The position numbers were made by a program, and so were the translations under genes. The notes under the pieces are model-generated. The model searched no databases. It was given only the letters and a program-made list of their open reading frames with translations, and was not told the DNA's origin. A stretch of 64,000 nucleotides of DNA from Candidatus Nitromaritima sp. SCGC AAA288-L16 (GTDB lineage Bacteria; Nitrospinota; Nitrospinia; Nitrospinales; VA-1), in assembly GCA_000372225.1 (NCBI GenBank), contig AQTY01000001.1:7323-71322 (forward strand), given 5' to 3'. Below are positions 27,033 to 37,118 of this stretch, one piece after another (the first letter of the stretch is position 1; each line of letters begins with the position of its first letter).

Positions 27033-28505
27033 ATGCCGTTGCTTAAAAAAAATAAAGTTCCACTATCATCTCTTTTGAAATCATTTTTTATTTTTATATC
27101 TGTCCCGGCATTTTTTCTCATCTTATCAATCGGCTTTCAAGTTGAAGCTGATGAAGAAGTCGGATCTTTATTTGAAGGTAAAACTAATTATGAAAGTTTG
27201 AAAGTTTTTTCGGAGGTGCTTTCGCTGATTACATCTACATATGTAGAAAAAGTTTCAAGTGAAAAGCTAATTGAAGGCGCTATTCATGGTTTAGTGAAGA
27301 CATTGGATCCACACACAGCTTATCTGCCGCCTGATGCTTATCAGGAAATGAAAGTTCAAACCTCAGGGAAGTTTGGAGGTTTGGGTATTGAGGTTAGTAT
27401 GAGAGATGGTATTTTGACTGTTATTTCACCTATTGAGGGAACACCTGCTTTTGAGGCGGGTATTCAAGCAAAAGATAAAATTGTGAAAATTGAAAATGTC
27501 TCGACTCTTGATATGAGTCTTAATGATGCTGTTTCGCGCCTTCGGGGTGAAGTAGGTTCGCCCGTTAGTATAACTATACTTCGCGATCGATTAAAGGCTC
27601 CTTTGCTAGTTAATATTGTCAGAGATATTATTCAAGTGCAGAGCGTAAAAAAGAAGATTTATCACAGTGATATTGGATATATAAAAATAAGGACCTTTTC
27701 TAAAAATACATCCAGTGACCTTGATAAGGCTCTTTCTTACCTTCGAAATAAAGATATAACTAAATTAATATTGGATGTGCGTAATAATCCTGGTGGGTTG
27801 TTGAATCAAGCTGTTGAAGTGTCTGATCGATTTTTAGGAAATGAAAATCTTATAGTTTACACAAAAGGAAGAATGGAAGACCAGGATAGCCGTTTTACAA
27901 CTCATGAAAAGATAAAACATGTTGATTATCCAATGATTATTTTGGTCAATGGGGGGAGTGCTAGCGCTTCTGAAATAGTTGCTGGAGCATTGCAGGATCT
28001 GGGTCGAGCTGTGATTTTAGGCACTCCTACTTTTGGGAAAGGATCTGTACAGACGATAATGCCACTTAGTGATGGCTCGGCATTACGTTTAACGACAGCT
28101 CGATATTACACACCTAGTGGAAAAATTATTCAGGAAAATGGAATTATTCCTGATATCGTTATTGAGAATCAACCTCTACCCACTATTACTGAAAAAATAA
28201 AAGATGAAGTTAAGAACCCTACTGAGAAAGAAAAAATTCGTCGTTTTTTAAGAGAACGTGATCTCAAAAAGCACCTCAAGGGAAAAACTAGCATTGAGGG
28301 ATCAGAAAAGGATAATCAAAAAAAATCTACTCCTAATGGAGATGGCAAAAGCATGTCCAAACTGGAGAAGGATTTGGATAAAGACGCTCAACTTCGACAT
28401 GCAGTTTCTCTCTTGTCTGGTTGGGATATTATTGCTGAGACTATCAAACCAGATAAACAAAAGGATAAATCCTCTCATTTGCGTTTTGATAATTTTAATA
28501 GATAA
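27033..28505 (+). CDS. ctpA: S41 carboxy-terminal processing protease with PDZ domain
   Basis: 490 aa. Motifs: GGLGIEV...ISPIEGTPA (PDZ), NNPGG, GGSASASEI, TFGKGSVQ. Confidence 0.9.
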   Translation: MPLLKKNKVPLSSLLKSFFIFISVPAFFLILSIGFQVEADEEVGSLFEGKTNYESLKVFSEVLSLITSTYVEKVSSEKLIEGAIHGLVKTLDPHTAYLPPDAYQEMKVQTSGKFGGLGIEVSMRDGILTVISPIEGTPAFEAGIQAKDKIVKIENVSTLDMSLNDAVSRLRGEVGSPVSITILRDRLKAPLLVNIVRDIIQVQSVKKKIYHSDIGYIKIRTFSKNTSSDLDKALSYLRNKDITKLILDVRNNPGGLLNQAVEVSDRFLGNENLIVYTKGRMEDQDSRFTTHEKIKHVDYPMIILVNGGSASASEIVAGALQDLGRAVILGTPTFGKGSVQTIMPLSDGSALRLTTARYYTPSGKIIQENGIIPDIVIENQPLPTITEKIKDEVKNPTEKEKIRRFLRERDLKKHLKGKTSIEGSEKDNQKKSTPNGDGKSMSKLEKDLDKDAQLRHAVSLLSGWDIIAETIKPDKQKDKSSHLRFDNFNR

Positions 28506-28516
28506 AATGTTAAGTT

Positions 28517-29527
28517 ATGTTGGTGCTAGGAATTGAAAGCTCCTGTGATGATACTTCTGCAGCTGTTTTAGATAACGGTTCGAGTGTTTTGTCGAATGTT
28601 ATATCAGACCAAAACACTACTCATTCTAAATATGGTGGAGTTGTCCCAGAGTTAGCGGGTCGATGTCATATCGAATCAATTCATCATGTGATTAACAGCG
28701 CTATTAATCAATCAAAAATTGGTCTCAAACAAATTGATTTGATTGCTGTGACAGTTGGTCCAGGGCTTGTTTCAAGCTTACTAGTGGGTCTTAATACAGC
28801 AAAGGCGTTAGCATATGCTCTTCAAAAGCCACTTATTGGTGTTAATCATCTTGAGGGACATTTGCTAGCTATTTTTTTAGAAGAAACTGTTGAGTTTCCC
28901 TATATAGCCTTAACGGTTTCAGGCGGACATACAGATTTGTATCGTGTTGAAGGCTTTGGGGAGTATAAAGTTTTGGGGCGTACTCGGGATGATGCTGCTG
29001 GTGAATCCTTTGATAAAGTAGCAAAAATGCTTAAGTTAGGATATCCAGGTGGTCCCCTAATTGAAGAAAAAGCAAGGCTTGGAAATGCGTTAGCGCATCG
29101 TTTTCCAAGGGCTTATCTGGAAAAGGGTTCGCTAGATTTTAGTTTTAGCGGGCTTAAAACATCTGTTCGAAACATAATATCGAAAAGAGAGACCGGGGAA
29201 ATCCCTATTTTGTCAGACAGTGATATCTCTGCCGGATTTCAAAGGGCCGTAATTGATGTGTTAACAGATAAAGTTTTTTTAGCTTGTGACAAAGAAAAAG
29301 TAAATCGAATCGTTGTAACAGGCGGGGTAGCCGCCAATAGCGCTTTAAGAAAAAGGATTGCTACTGAGGCTAATAGCCATGGACTTAAATCTTTTTTTCC
29401 AAAACCAGAATTTTGTACAGATAACGCTGCAATGATTGCTTGTGCCGGATATTATAAGAGTTTAAATAAACCACTATCTCTGAAGGATACAATAAATCTT
29501 GACGCTAAAGCTTCTTTAAAACTCTAA
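28517..29527 (+). CDS. tsaD: tRNA N6-adenosine threonylcarbamoyltransferase
   Basis: 336 aa with VLGIESSCDDTSAAV, GVNHLEGH, VSGGHT and GGVAAN motifs. Confidence 0.95.
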   Translation: MLVLGIESSCDDTSAAVLDNGSSVLSNVISDQNTTHSKYGGVVPELAGRCHIESIHHVINSAINQSKIGLKQIDLIAVTVGPGLVSSLLVGLNTAKALAYALQKPLIGVNHLEGHLLAIFLEETVEFPYIALTVSGGHTDLYRVEGFGEYKVLGRTRDDAAGESFDKVAKMLKLGYPGGPLIEEKARLGNALAHRFPRAYLEKGSLDFSFSGLKTSVRNIISKRETGEIPILSDSDISAGFQRAVIDVLTDKVFLACDKEKVNRIVVTGGVAANSALRKRIATEANSHGLKSFFPKPEFCTDNAAMIACAGYYKSLNKPLSLKDTINLDAKASLKL

Positions 29528-29634
29528 AAAACGAACCATGATTATTTTCATGGTGATGAGAGTTTCAGTGATAAACTCACCCGTTACTTTTCTTTATTTT
29601 CTCATTTAATCTAATTTTATGCAGAATCTTTTTT

Positions 29635-30633
29635 ATGAAAGTGTTGATAACAGGTGGTGGAGGTTTTCTTGGTAGTTCTCTCGCTAAAAAACTTCTTATT
29701 TTAGGAAATGAAGTGACAATTTTGGGTAGGCAATCTTACCCTAAATTAAAAAAAATGTTTCATTGTATTAAAGCCGATGTGCGAGATCGCTCCTCTGTCG
29801 TTAAAGCTTTAGAGGGGCAGCAAATTGTTTTCCACACGGCGGCAATCCCTGGGATCTGGGGTGATTATAAAGACTTTTATGAGACCGATGTACGAGGTAC
29901 TGAAAATATTATATTTGCCTGTCATAAAAATAATGTAAAAAAACTAATTTACACAAGTACACCTAGTGTTGTTTTTGGTGAAAAAAATATAGAGGGCGCT
30001 GACGAACAAATTTCATATCCAGATGAGTATCTATGTCATTATTCGAAAACAAAAGCGATGGCCGAGAAAATGGTTATGGAATCTAATGGAACCAATGATT
30101 TGGCAACAGTCTGCCTGCGGCCTCATTTGATATGGGGGCCTGGTGACCCACACTTATTACCACGCATCGTTGAAAGAGCAAAAAATAGAAAACTTATCCG
30201 CGTTGGAGAGGGTGCAAATTTGGTAGATATGATTTACATAGATAATGCGGTAGATGCTCATATTAAGGTCTGTGAAAAATTAGATCTTAATAGTCCTGTG
30301 GCAGGAAAGTGTTACTTTGTAAGTGATGACAAACCAATTTTGTTATGGGAGTGGATAGAATTAGTTTTAATGCAGTTAAAATTGCCTAGTATAACAAAAG
30401 TAATTTCTTTTAAATGGGCATTTCTAATAGGCATAATACTCGAAACTTTTCATAAAGTATTTTGTCCGAAAAAAGAACCTCTGATGACACGATTTCTGGC
30501 AACTCAACTTGCTAAATCGCATTACTTTAACATATCCCAAGCAAAAAAAGATTTTGGTTACAAACCATTAGTTACAAATGAAGAGGGTACCAAACGTTTG
30601 GTCAATGATTATTTTTCTCACCAAGAAGATTGA
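29635..30633 (+). CDS. NAD-dependent epimerase/dehydratase, 3-beta-hydroxysteroid dehydrogenase-like
   Basis: 332 aa with VLITGGGGFLGS and the YSKTKAMAE (YxxxK) motif. Confidence 0.85.
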   Translation: MKVLITGGGGFLGSSLAKKLLILGNEVTILGRQSYPKLKKMFHCIKADVRDRSSVVKALEGQQIVFHTAAIPGIWGDYKDFYETDVRGTENIIFACHKNNVKKLIYTSTPSVVFGEKNIEGADEQISYPDEYLCHYSKTKAMAEKMVMESNGTNDLATVCLRPHLIWGPGDPHLLPRIVERAKNRKLIRVGEGANLVDMIYIDNAVDAHIKVCEKLDLNSPVAGKCYFVSDDKPILLWEWIELVLMQLKLPSITKVISFKWAFLIGIILETFHKVFCPKKEPLMTRFLATQLAKSHYFNISQAKKDFGYKPLVTNEEGTKRLVNDYFSHQED

Positions 30634-31369
30634 TTTTGTGCGCAATGCAGCCAGCACCGAATCCATTATCAATGTTTACGGTCGCTACACCTGAGGCACA
30701 ACTATTTAACATCGCTAGTAATGCCGAAACGCCATTAAATGATGCACCATAGCCTATACTTGTTGGAACAGCTATTACGGGAGAACTTACCAATCCACCA
30801 ACGACACTAGCCAGAGCCCCATCCATTCCGGCAATTACGATAATTACACGAGCCTCACGCAGTACATTAATTTTGTCTAAAAGTCGGTGAATACCAGCAA
30901 CGCCTACATCAAAAAGTTTTTCTGTTTTGCTGCCAAAAAATTCACCTGAGATTCTTGCCTCTTCAGCTATCGGCATGTCTGCTGTTCCAGCAGAAACAAT
31001 TACAATGTGGCCAATTTTATTTTCCTTCTTTTTTTTACTTACAACCAGAGTCAAAGAAATATCGTCATATATACATCCTGGGGGAAGTTCCTGTTGAATA
31101 TTTTCGTATGCTTTGTGATCCAGCTTTGTTACAAGAACATCATTTTTTGCTTTATATAATGATTGGATGATAGCTACTAATTGGTCTGCTGTTTTCCCTT
31201 TTCCGTAAACAACTTCGGCAAAACCATTTCTTAGAGATCGGTGGTGGTCTATTTTTGCAAAATCTAGATTTTCGTAGGGGAGGGTGGCTAATTGCTTGAT
31301 TACTTCATTTGGGCTTAACTTTTGATCGTATAAACTTTGAAGAATTATTTGTAGTTCATTTTTGTCCAT
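30602..31369 (-). CDS. larB: nickel-pincer cofactor biosynthesis protein LarB (PurE-like)
   Basis: 255 aa with IVSAGTADMPIAEEA...VIAGMDGALASVVGGLV..PVIAVPTSIGYGASFNGVSALLAMLNSC, typical of LarB/COG1691. Its start overlaps the gpsA stop (TAATG). Confidence 0.85.
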   Translation of the reverse strand: MDKNELQIILQSLYDQKLSPNEVIKQLATLPYENLDFAKIDHHRSLRNGFAEVVYGKGKTADQLVAIIQSLYKAKNDVLVTKLDHKAYENIQQELPPGCIYDDISLTLVVSKKKKENKIGHIVIVSAGTADMPIAEEARISGEFFGSKTEKLFDVGVAGIHRLLDKINVLREARVIIVIAGMDGALASVVGGLVSSPVIAVPTSIGYGASFNGVSALLAMLNSCASGVATVNIDNGFGAGCIAHKINLLGEKNNH

Positions 31370-32388
31370 TACATACCCTTTATCCCGACAAATTCTGTGG
31401 TGGTTTTGCTTTGCATTAAATCTTTTAGTGCTTGGTGGGGAGACTTAGTTTTATATACAACTTTGTATGTTTCATCAATGATGGAAGCCTGTATATTTAA
31501 TTTCGATATCAGCGCATGAGCTGATTTAAGGGTGAAAATCCCCTCGACAGCAACTTTCATATTATTGGTTATCTCATGTGGTTTTTCGCCTTGTCCGACT
31601 CGAATCCCATACTGCCTGTTGCGACTGAGTTCACCTGTGCATGTGAGAACTAGGTCACCTAGGCCAGAAAGCCCGGAAAAAGTTTCAGGTTTTGCCCCTA
31701 AAGCAGTTCCAATTCTAGTAATTTCAACCAAGCCTCTAGTTATAATAGCAGCTCTGGTGTTGTGTCCCATTCTCAATCCATCAGAAATACCCGTCGTGAT
31801 TGCCATTACATTTTTTAAAGCTCCTCCTATTTCAACTCCAATGGGATCATCGCTTGTAAAAACTTTGAGAGATGGGCTTGAAAAAAATGTTTTGACCTGA
31901 TTGGATACATCGATTTCTTCTGAAGCTGCAACAATTGCAGAAGGTTCTCCTCGCGCTACTTCAGTAGCGAATGTTGGCCCTGATAAGGTAGCAAACCGGC
32001 ATGTAGGGGATAGTGTTTGTTTGAATATTTCCCGAATAATACATAATGAATTTGTTTCTATGCCTTTCCCACCATTTATAATGACGCTATCTGGGTTTAA
32101 AAGTGGGGCCATCACCTCAGCTATATTTCTAATAAAATTAGTTGGAACTACTATGAGAATAACGTTGTTTTCCCCGATTGCTTCTTCAAGTGAGTTTGTG
32201 GGATAAATGAGGTTTGGAAGATTGAATCCAGGTAGGAATATTGGGTTTTCTTTTGTTTCTTTTATTTGCTCACACAGTAATTTTTCATACACCCATAGAT
32301 TAACCTTATGTCCAATTCTTGCTAAATGTATGGATAGAGCAGTTCCCCAACTACCGGCACCGATAACACTTATGGATTTTTTTGACAT
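31369..32388 (-). CDS. gpsA: NAD(P)H-dependent glycerol-3-phosphate dehydrogenase
   Basis: 339 aa with ISVIGAGSWGTALS, GPTFATEVA, GALKNV and SRNRQYG motifs. Confidence 0.95.
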   Translation of the reverse strand: MSKKSISVIGAGSWGTALSIHLARIGHKVNLWVYEKLLCEQIKETKENPIFLPGFNLPNLIYPTNSLEEAIGENNVILIVVPTNFIRNIAEVMAPLLNPDSVIINGGKGIETNSLCIIREIFKQTLSPTCRFATLSGPTFATEVARGEPSAIVAASEEIDVSNQVKTFFSSPSLKVFTSDDPIGVEIGGALKNVMAITTGISDGLRMGHNTRAAIITRGLVEITRIGTALGAKPETFSGLSGLGDLVLTCTGELSRNRQYGIRVGQGEKPHEITNNMKVAVEGIFTLKSAHALISKLNIQASIIDETYKVVYKTKSPHQALKDLMQSKTTTEFVGIKGM

Positions 32389-32601
32389 TTATTCTTACTT
32401 AAAATAATGATTAAATGATTTATGTTATAATTTAAGTTATACCTAATTAGAAAATCTTCTAGAAAATTTGATGCGTAGACCAAATAGTTTATCTATAATA
32501 ATGGGTATATAAAGACAAAAATCATTGCATTATAATGACTTAGAATAAATATTTGTATCCAAATTTCGTTAAATCTTTCTTTTTTTGGAGATTGATAAAA
32601 T

Positions 32602-33276
32602 ATGGCTAAAACTGAAAAAGTACGGCGTAAGGATCTAATTCAGCCGGATCAGTTTATATCAACCACTGATATCCTCATAGCCTATTGCTCCAAACACAAA
32701 ACAAAGATGATTTCTATTGTTATATCGTTAATTATTCTGGTTTTTTCAAGTTTATGGATTAAGAATAATCAGAATAAAAAAAGTCTTGGTATGGAGTCAT
32801 TATATTTCAACGTAGAGCAGGCTAAATCAGCTAAAGAGAGTAACTCTAAGGACAAAATTAAACAAATACGGCTAATTTTAGACGAGTTTAGCGAAGGGCC
32901 ACAAAAACAACGAGCTTTATTGGTGCTTGCTGACGAATATTTTAACGGGGCCAGTTATGATAAGGCTATAGATTTTTATCAGAATGTTTTAAATGGATCG
33001 CGTTCTTCCCTACATCATTACTTGGCTAATATGGGGATCGCTTATTCTCTTGAAGGAAAAAAAGATTATAAAAACGCAATTAATGCATACAAAACCACCA
33101 TTCAATATTCGAATGAGTACCCCTTATTTGATATATACGTAGGACTGGCACGTTGTTATGAGTTGAATAATGAAAAAAATGAAGCATTATTGACATTGAG
33201 AGAAATGCAAAATAAATTTCCTAGCCATTCTAAAATTGATGGCATTCAGTCTAAAATTAAAGAACTGGGTGTCTAA
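32602..33276 (+). CDS. membrane-anchored TPR protein (YfgM-like)
   Basis: 224 aa with a single TM helix after a charged N-terminus, then TPR-like repeats. Confidence 0.6.
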   Translation: MAKTEKVRRKDLIQPDQFISTTDILIAYCSKHKTKMISIVISLIILVFSSLWIKNNQNKKSLGMESLYFNVEQAKSAKESNSKDKIKQIRLILDEFSEGPQKQRALLVLADEYFNGASYDKAIDFYQNVLNGSRSSLHHYLANMGIAYSLEGKKDYKNAINAYKTTIQYSNEYPLFDIYVGLARCYELNNEKNEALLTLREMQNKFPSHSKIDGIQSKIKELGV

Positions 33277-33306
33277 ATTTTATCCGGTTCAAGTTTTCCC
33301 CATTTT

Positions 33307-34341
33307 ATGCGAAAATTATCTAATAAAACGTCCTGTTTTATTTTTGTGATCATAGGTTTATTTCTTTTTAGTTTTTCTCTGATCTCTCCCGTTCATTCAG
33401 TACCATTCATTTCTAAAAAAAAAGAAATTGAAATTGGTCGTTCTGGGGATAAGCAAATAGTTCTTCAATTTGGTATTTATCAAGATAAATCTTTGCAGCT
33501 ATATATAAATAGGATTGGTCAAAAACTGCTTTCTAATCTTTTTAATAAAGAGTTTAGAAAATTCCATTTTAAGTTAGTTGACAGTTCTGAGATTAATGCA
33601 TTTGCACTACCGGGAGGGTATGTTTATGTTACTAGAGGATTGCTTGCTGCGCTCAACAATGAATCTGAGTTAGCCTCAGTAATAGGCCATGAGATAGCCC
33701 ATGTAACATTGCATCATGGAGCCAAACTTATGATTAGGTCTATAGGTTCTCAAATTTTATCAGTTGGTGGTGCTATAGCAAGTCCTAAAAATGCGGGTAA
33801 ATGGTTGGCTGTAAGTACTGCTCTTTTTCAACAAATTAACATGGGATATGGTCGCGAAGCTGAACTAGAATCTGACGCACAGGGAATGCTTAATTCTGTA
33901 GAAGCAGGTTATCACCCGATTGCTATGGTAAATTTTTTAAAAAACCTTAGAAAACAGGAAATTATGAGTGGTCAGGCTTATCATGGTTTTCAGGCCAGTC
34001 ACCCTGAAACAAAAGAACGCATTGTGAAGGCCGGCACATTTGCATTATCCCTATCACAAAAATATACTGCTTCCATAAATAATAAAAATATTTATCTGCA
34101 GAAATTACAAGGTTTGGTTTATGGCGGGAAAAAACATCTTAAAGACAAGAACAAATATAAATCTAAGTACCTAGATATTTATAAGGTTCAAAAAGGAGAT
34201 ACCTTAAGAAGTATTTCTAATAAGATCTACAAGGATGATAGACACTCTTATGAAATTGCTACCATTAACGGCATTAAGGAAAGTGCCACTCTCAATCCAG
34301 GGTGTATACTTAAAATTATCAGAGACGGTGTTTATAAATAG
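33307..34341 (+). CDS. M48 family metalloprotease with C-terminal LysM domain
   Basis: 344 aa with a signal sequence, NAFALPGGYVYV, the HEIAHV zinc motif, and the C-terminal LysM pattern YKVQKGDTLRSIS...ATINGI...L.PG..L.I. Confidence 0.85.
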   Translation: MRKLSNKTSCFIFVIIGLFLFSFSLISPVHSVPFISKKKEIEIGRSGDKQIVLQFGIYQDKSLQLYINRIGQKLLSNLFNKEFRKFHFKLVDSSEINAFALPGGYVYVTRGLLAALNNESELASVIGHEIAHVTLHHGAKLMIRSIGSQILSVGGAIASPKNAGKWLAVSTALFQQINMGYGREAELESDAQGMLNSVEAGYHPIAMVNFLKNLRKQEIMSGQAYHGFQASHPETKERIVKAGTFALSLSQKYTASINNKNIYLQKLQGLVYGGKKHLKDKNKYKSKYLDIYKVQKGDTLRSISNKIYKDDRHSYEIATINGIKESATLNPGCILKIIRDGVYK

Positions 34342-34586
34342 TAGTTAAGTCGAGTAATCTCAAACCAGATCCGGTTAATTAATTTGTTTAACACTGGTAC
34401 CCTAATTATCTAAGAAAGACCCATAAGATTTATTTGAGTCCCGATGGAGAAGTATGTAATAGGCTTAAAACTGGCACAAAGGTGTTTATTATAAATACAA
34501 AAGGTTCCTGAATGCAGATTATCTGGAAAAATGGTAAAAAAATGGGTGGACAATACTCCCTTAATAGTTATTTATAATGATTACGT

Positions 34587-34620
34587 AAAAAAAAATCCAA
34601 GGCTGTTGAGGCCTTGGATT
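34587..34620 (-). terminator. Rho-independent terminator of the aconitase gene
   Basis: On the minus strand, a perfect 9-bp stem (AATCCAAGGC...GCCTTGGATT region, 34595-34619) with a 7-nt loop is followed by a U-run (the plus-strand A-run at 34587-34595). It starts 24 nt after the stop. Confidence 0.75.
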
Positions 34621-34643
34621 CTATATTTATTGCTATTTATAGT

Positions 34644-36899
34644 TTATTTTTGAGACCCAACATAATTCAGGGCAGAACCATGATAAAACCATTGGATCTC
34701 TTGCTCATTAAGGCTATGTTCAACGCTAATTTCATCAGTACTACCATCCGCATGTTTTATGTGGACAGTTAGAGCCCCTCCTTGAGTTAAAGTATCTAAA
34801 CCTGATATTGAGATTCTATCCTTTTCTTGTATTTTTTCGAAGTCGTCCTTATTGATAAAAGTCAAGGGTAATAACCCTTGTTTTTTAAGATTGGCTTCAA
34901 AAATTCTAGCGTAGGATTTTGCAATGAATGCGCGGCCACCCATATGGCGTGGTTCCATTGCGGCATGCTCACGACTTGATCCTTCACCTATATTTTCATC
35001 ACCGACTGCTATCCAACCAAGGTCATCATCCTTAAGAGTCCTAGCAATTTTATTAATCTCAATATCTTTTTCGTTTGAAACTGGATTGTTACCTGTTCCT
35101 GTTCCCCCAGTGAAAGCATTTGTGGCCCCTAGAAACATGTTATTACTGATGTTATCTAGATGACCACGAAACTTGAGCCAAGGACCTGCTTGGGAAATAT
35201 GATCTGTAGTACACTTGCCCTGAGCTTTTATTAACAATGGAAGATCTTTGTAGTCTTCAATAGGATCCTGTTTTGGAAAAGGTTCCAGGAATGCAATGCG
35301 CTCGCTTGATGGGTCGATAACTACTTCACCAGTTTTTGTAGGCTCTTCATAGCCACTATCTTTTGAAGAGTACCCATTTGAAGGAAGAACGTCACCTGTG
35401 GGTGGTTTGAATTTGAAATCATTCCCATTTTTATCCTTCAATGAATCTGTGAGTGGATTAAACTTCATTGATCCGCTAAATGCCATTGCCACAACTAATT
35501 CCGGACTGCTGATAAATCCAAGTGTTTCCGGATTGCCATCATTACGTTTTGCAAAGTTCCTATTGTAGGAAGTAAGAATACTATTGGCCTCGCCCTTTTT
35601 TTTATCCTCTCTTTTCCATTGACCGATGCACGGCCCACAGGCATTAGCTAAGACTGTAGCTCCAACTTCCTCAAACTCGCCCAAAATTCCATCTTTTTTA
35701 ATAGTTTCATAGATTTGTTCGGATCCAGGCGTAACAAGAAAATTGGTTTTGACATCAATCCCAGCTTCTTTAGCTTGTCTAACCAAGCTGACAGACCGGG
35801 TCATATCTTCGTAGCTTGAATTGGTGCAAGAACCTATAAGGGCAGTTGAAATCTCCGCTGGGTATCCTTTTTCATCCACTTCTTTTGCCATTGATGAAAT
35901 AGAGCGACCAAGATCTGGTGTGTGAGGACCAACTATGTGTGGTTCTAATTGGTCAAGATCGATTTCATGATATTCGTCATAAAATTTTTCAGGATCTTTT
36001 TCCACCTCTGGATCAGATTGCAGATGAGGAGCATACCGCTTACACAGGTCAGCTATCGGAGTACGATCTGTTGCCCGAAGATATGGATCCATTTGTTCGT
36101 CATACCCAAAAGTTGATGTCGTCGATCCAATTTCAGCACCCATGTTCGTAACAGTGCCTTTACCAGTTGCACTTAAAGAACGCGCCCCCTCGCCAAAATA
36201 TTCAAGGATTTTGCCTGTTCCACCCTTGACAGTTAACATAGTTGCGACTTTTAGAATAATATCTTTTGAGGCGGTCCACCCATTCAACTTGCCTTTTAGT
36301 TTTATTCCAACAAGTTTTGGCATTTTCGTGGTGAATCCCTGTCCAGTCATAGCATCCACTGCATCGGCTCCACCGACGCCAATGGCAATGACACCTAAAC
36401 CGCCAGCATTTGGTGTGTGCGAATCTGTTCCTATCATCATTGTCCCAGGGACAGCATAATTTTCGTACACAACTTGATGAATAATTCCTGAACCAGGCTT
36501 CCAAAAACCCATATTATACTTCATTGCGGCGGACCGTAGAAAGTCATAGACCTCTTTATTGAGATCTTCTGCTGCTACGAGATCTTTATCCGCTCCTGCA
36601 TAGGCTTGAATCAAATGGTCGCAATGAACTGTACTTGGTACTGCAACTTCAGGAATATTTGCAGACATGAATTGCAGAATTGCCATTTGGGCGGTGGCAT
36701 CTTGCATAGCAACTCGATCGGGTTGGAGAAGAATATCAGAAGCCCCTCGTTCGATTTTTGAATAGTCACAATCATCCATATGGCTATATAGAATTTTTTC
36801 AACAACCGTCAGTGGCCTGCCTAAATTTGCACGAGCTTTTACATGTTTTTCTTCTAGCGAGTTAAAAAGTTTCTCAATTGGTCCCGTTTCCAGTAACAT
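34644..36899 (-). CDS. acnA: aconitate hydratase (mitochondrial-type, ~750 aa)
   Basis: 751 aa with GTDSHT, IGSCTNSS, ACGPCIGQW and SSREHAA motifs. Confidence 0.95.
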   Translation of the reverse strand: MLLETGPIEKLFNSLEEKHVKARANLGRPLTVVEKILYSHMDDCDYSKIERGASDILLQPDRVAMQDATAQMAILQFMSANIPEVAVPSTVHCDHLIQAYAGADKDLVAAEDLNKEVYDFLRSAAMKYNMGFWKPGSGIIHQVVYENYAVPGTMMIGTDSHTPNAGGLGVIAIGVGGADAVDAMTGQGFTTKMPKLVGIKLKGKLNGWTASKDIILKVATMLTVKGGTGKILEYFGEGARSLSATGKGTVTNMGAEIGSTTSTFGYDEQMDPYLRATDRTPIADLCKRYAPHLQSDPEVEKDPEKFYDEYHEIDLDQLEPHIVGPHTPDLGRSISSMAKEVDEKGYPAEISTALIGSCTNSSYEDMTRSVSLVRQAKEAGIDVKTNFLVTPGSEQIYETIKKDGILGEFEEVGATVLANACGPCIGQWKREDKKKGEANSILTSYNRNFAKRNDGNPETLGFISSPELVVAMAFSGSMKFNPLTDSLKDKNGNDFKFKPPTGDVLPSNGYSSKDSGYEEPTKTGEVVIDPSSERIAFLEPFPKQDPIEDYKDLPLLIKAQGKCTTDHISQAGPWLKFRGHLDNISNNMFLGATNAFTGGTGTGNNPVSNEKDIEINKIARTLKDDDLGWIAVGDENIGEGSSREHAAMEPRHMGGRAFIAKSYARIFEANLKKQGLLPLTFINKDDFEKIQEKDRISISGLDTLTQGGALTVHIKHADGSTDEISVEHSLNEQEIQWFYHGSALNYVGSQK

Positions 36900-37118
36900 A
36901 ATATCTCCTCTTATACAAAGTAAGGCTAAATTTCGTCCTTAATTATACTTGGACTAACAATAGATAAATTAGTTTTCATTGCAATAAGATTTTAGGCGTG
37001 GCATCTTTCCATGTTTCAGGAAAAAATTCAATATTTTTTGTGCACAAGTATTTTCGTGTCAAAAAAAAATTAAAGACATTTAAAATCAAACAGTTATGTT
37101 TTCAAATGTAAGGATTCG

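Noticed and set aside
28258-28536. 92-aa plus-strand ORF overlapping the ctpA 3' end
   Set aside because: It is an alternative frame of the ctpA C-terminal region with no independent support.
31532-32407. Series of three plus-strand ORFs (122, 101 and 66 aa)
   Set aside because: All lie antisense within gpsA. Similar shadow ORFs occur inside the aconitase gene (34924-35163, 35918-36504), the cytochrome genes (4802-5239, 6114-6479), pgk and others. None has a recognisable family.
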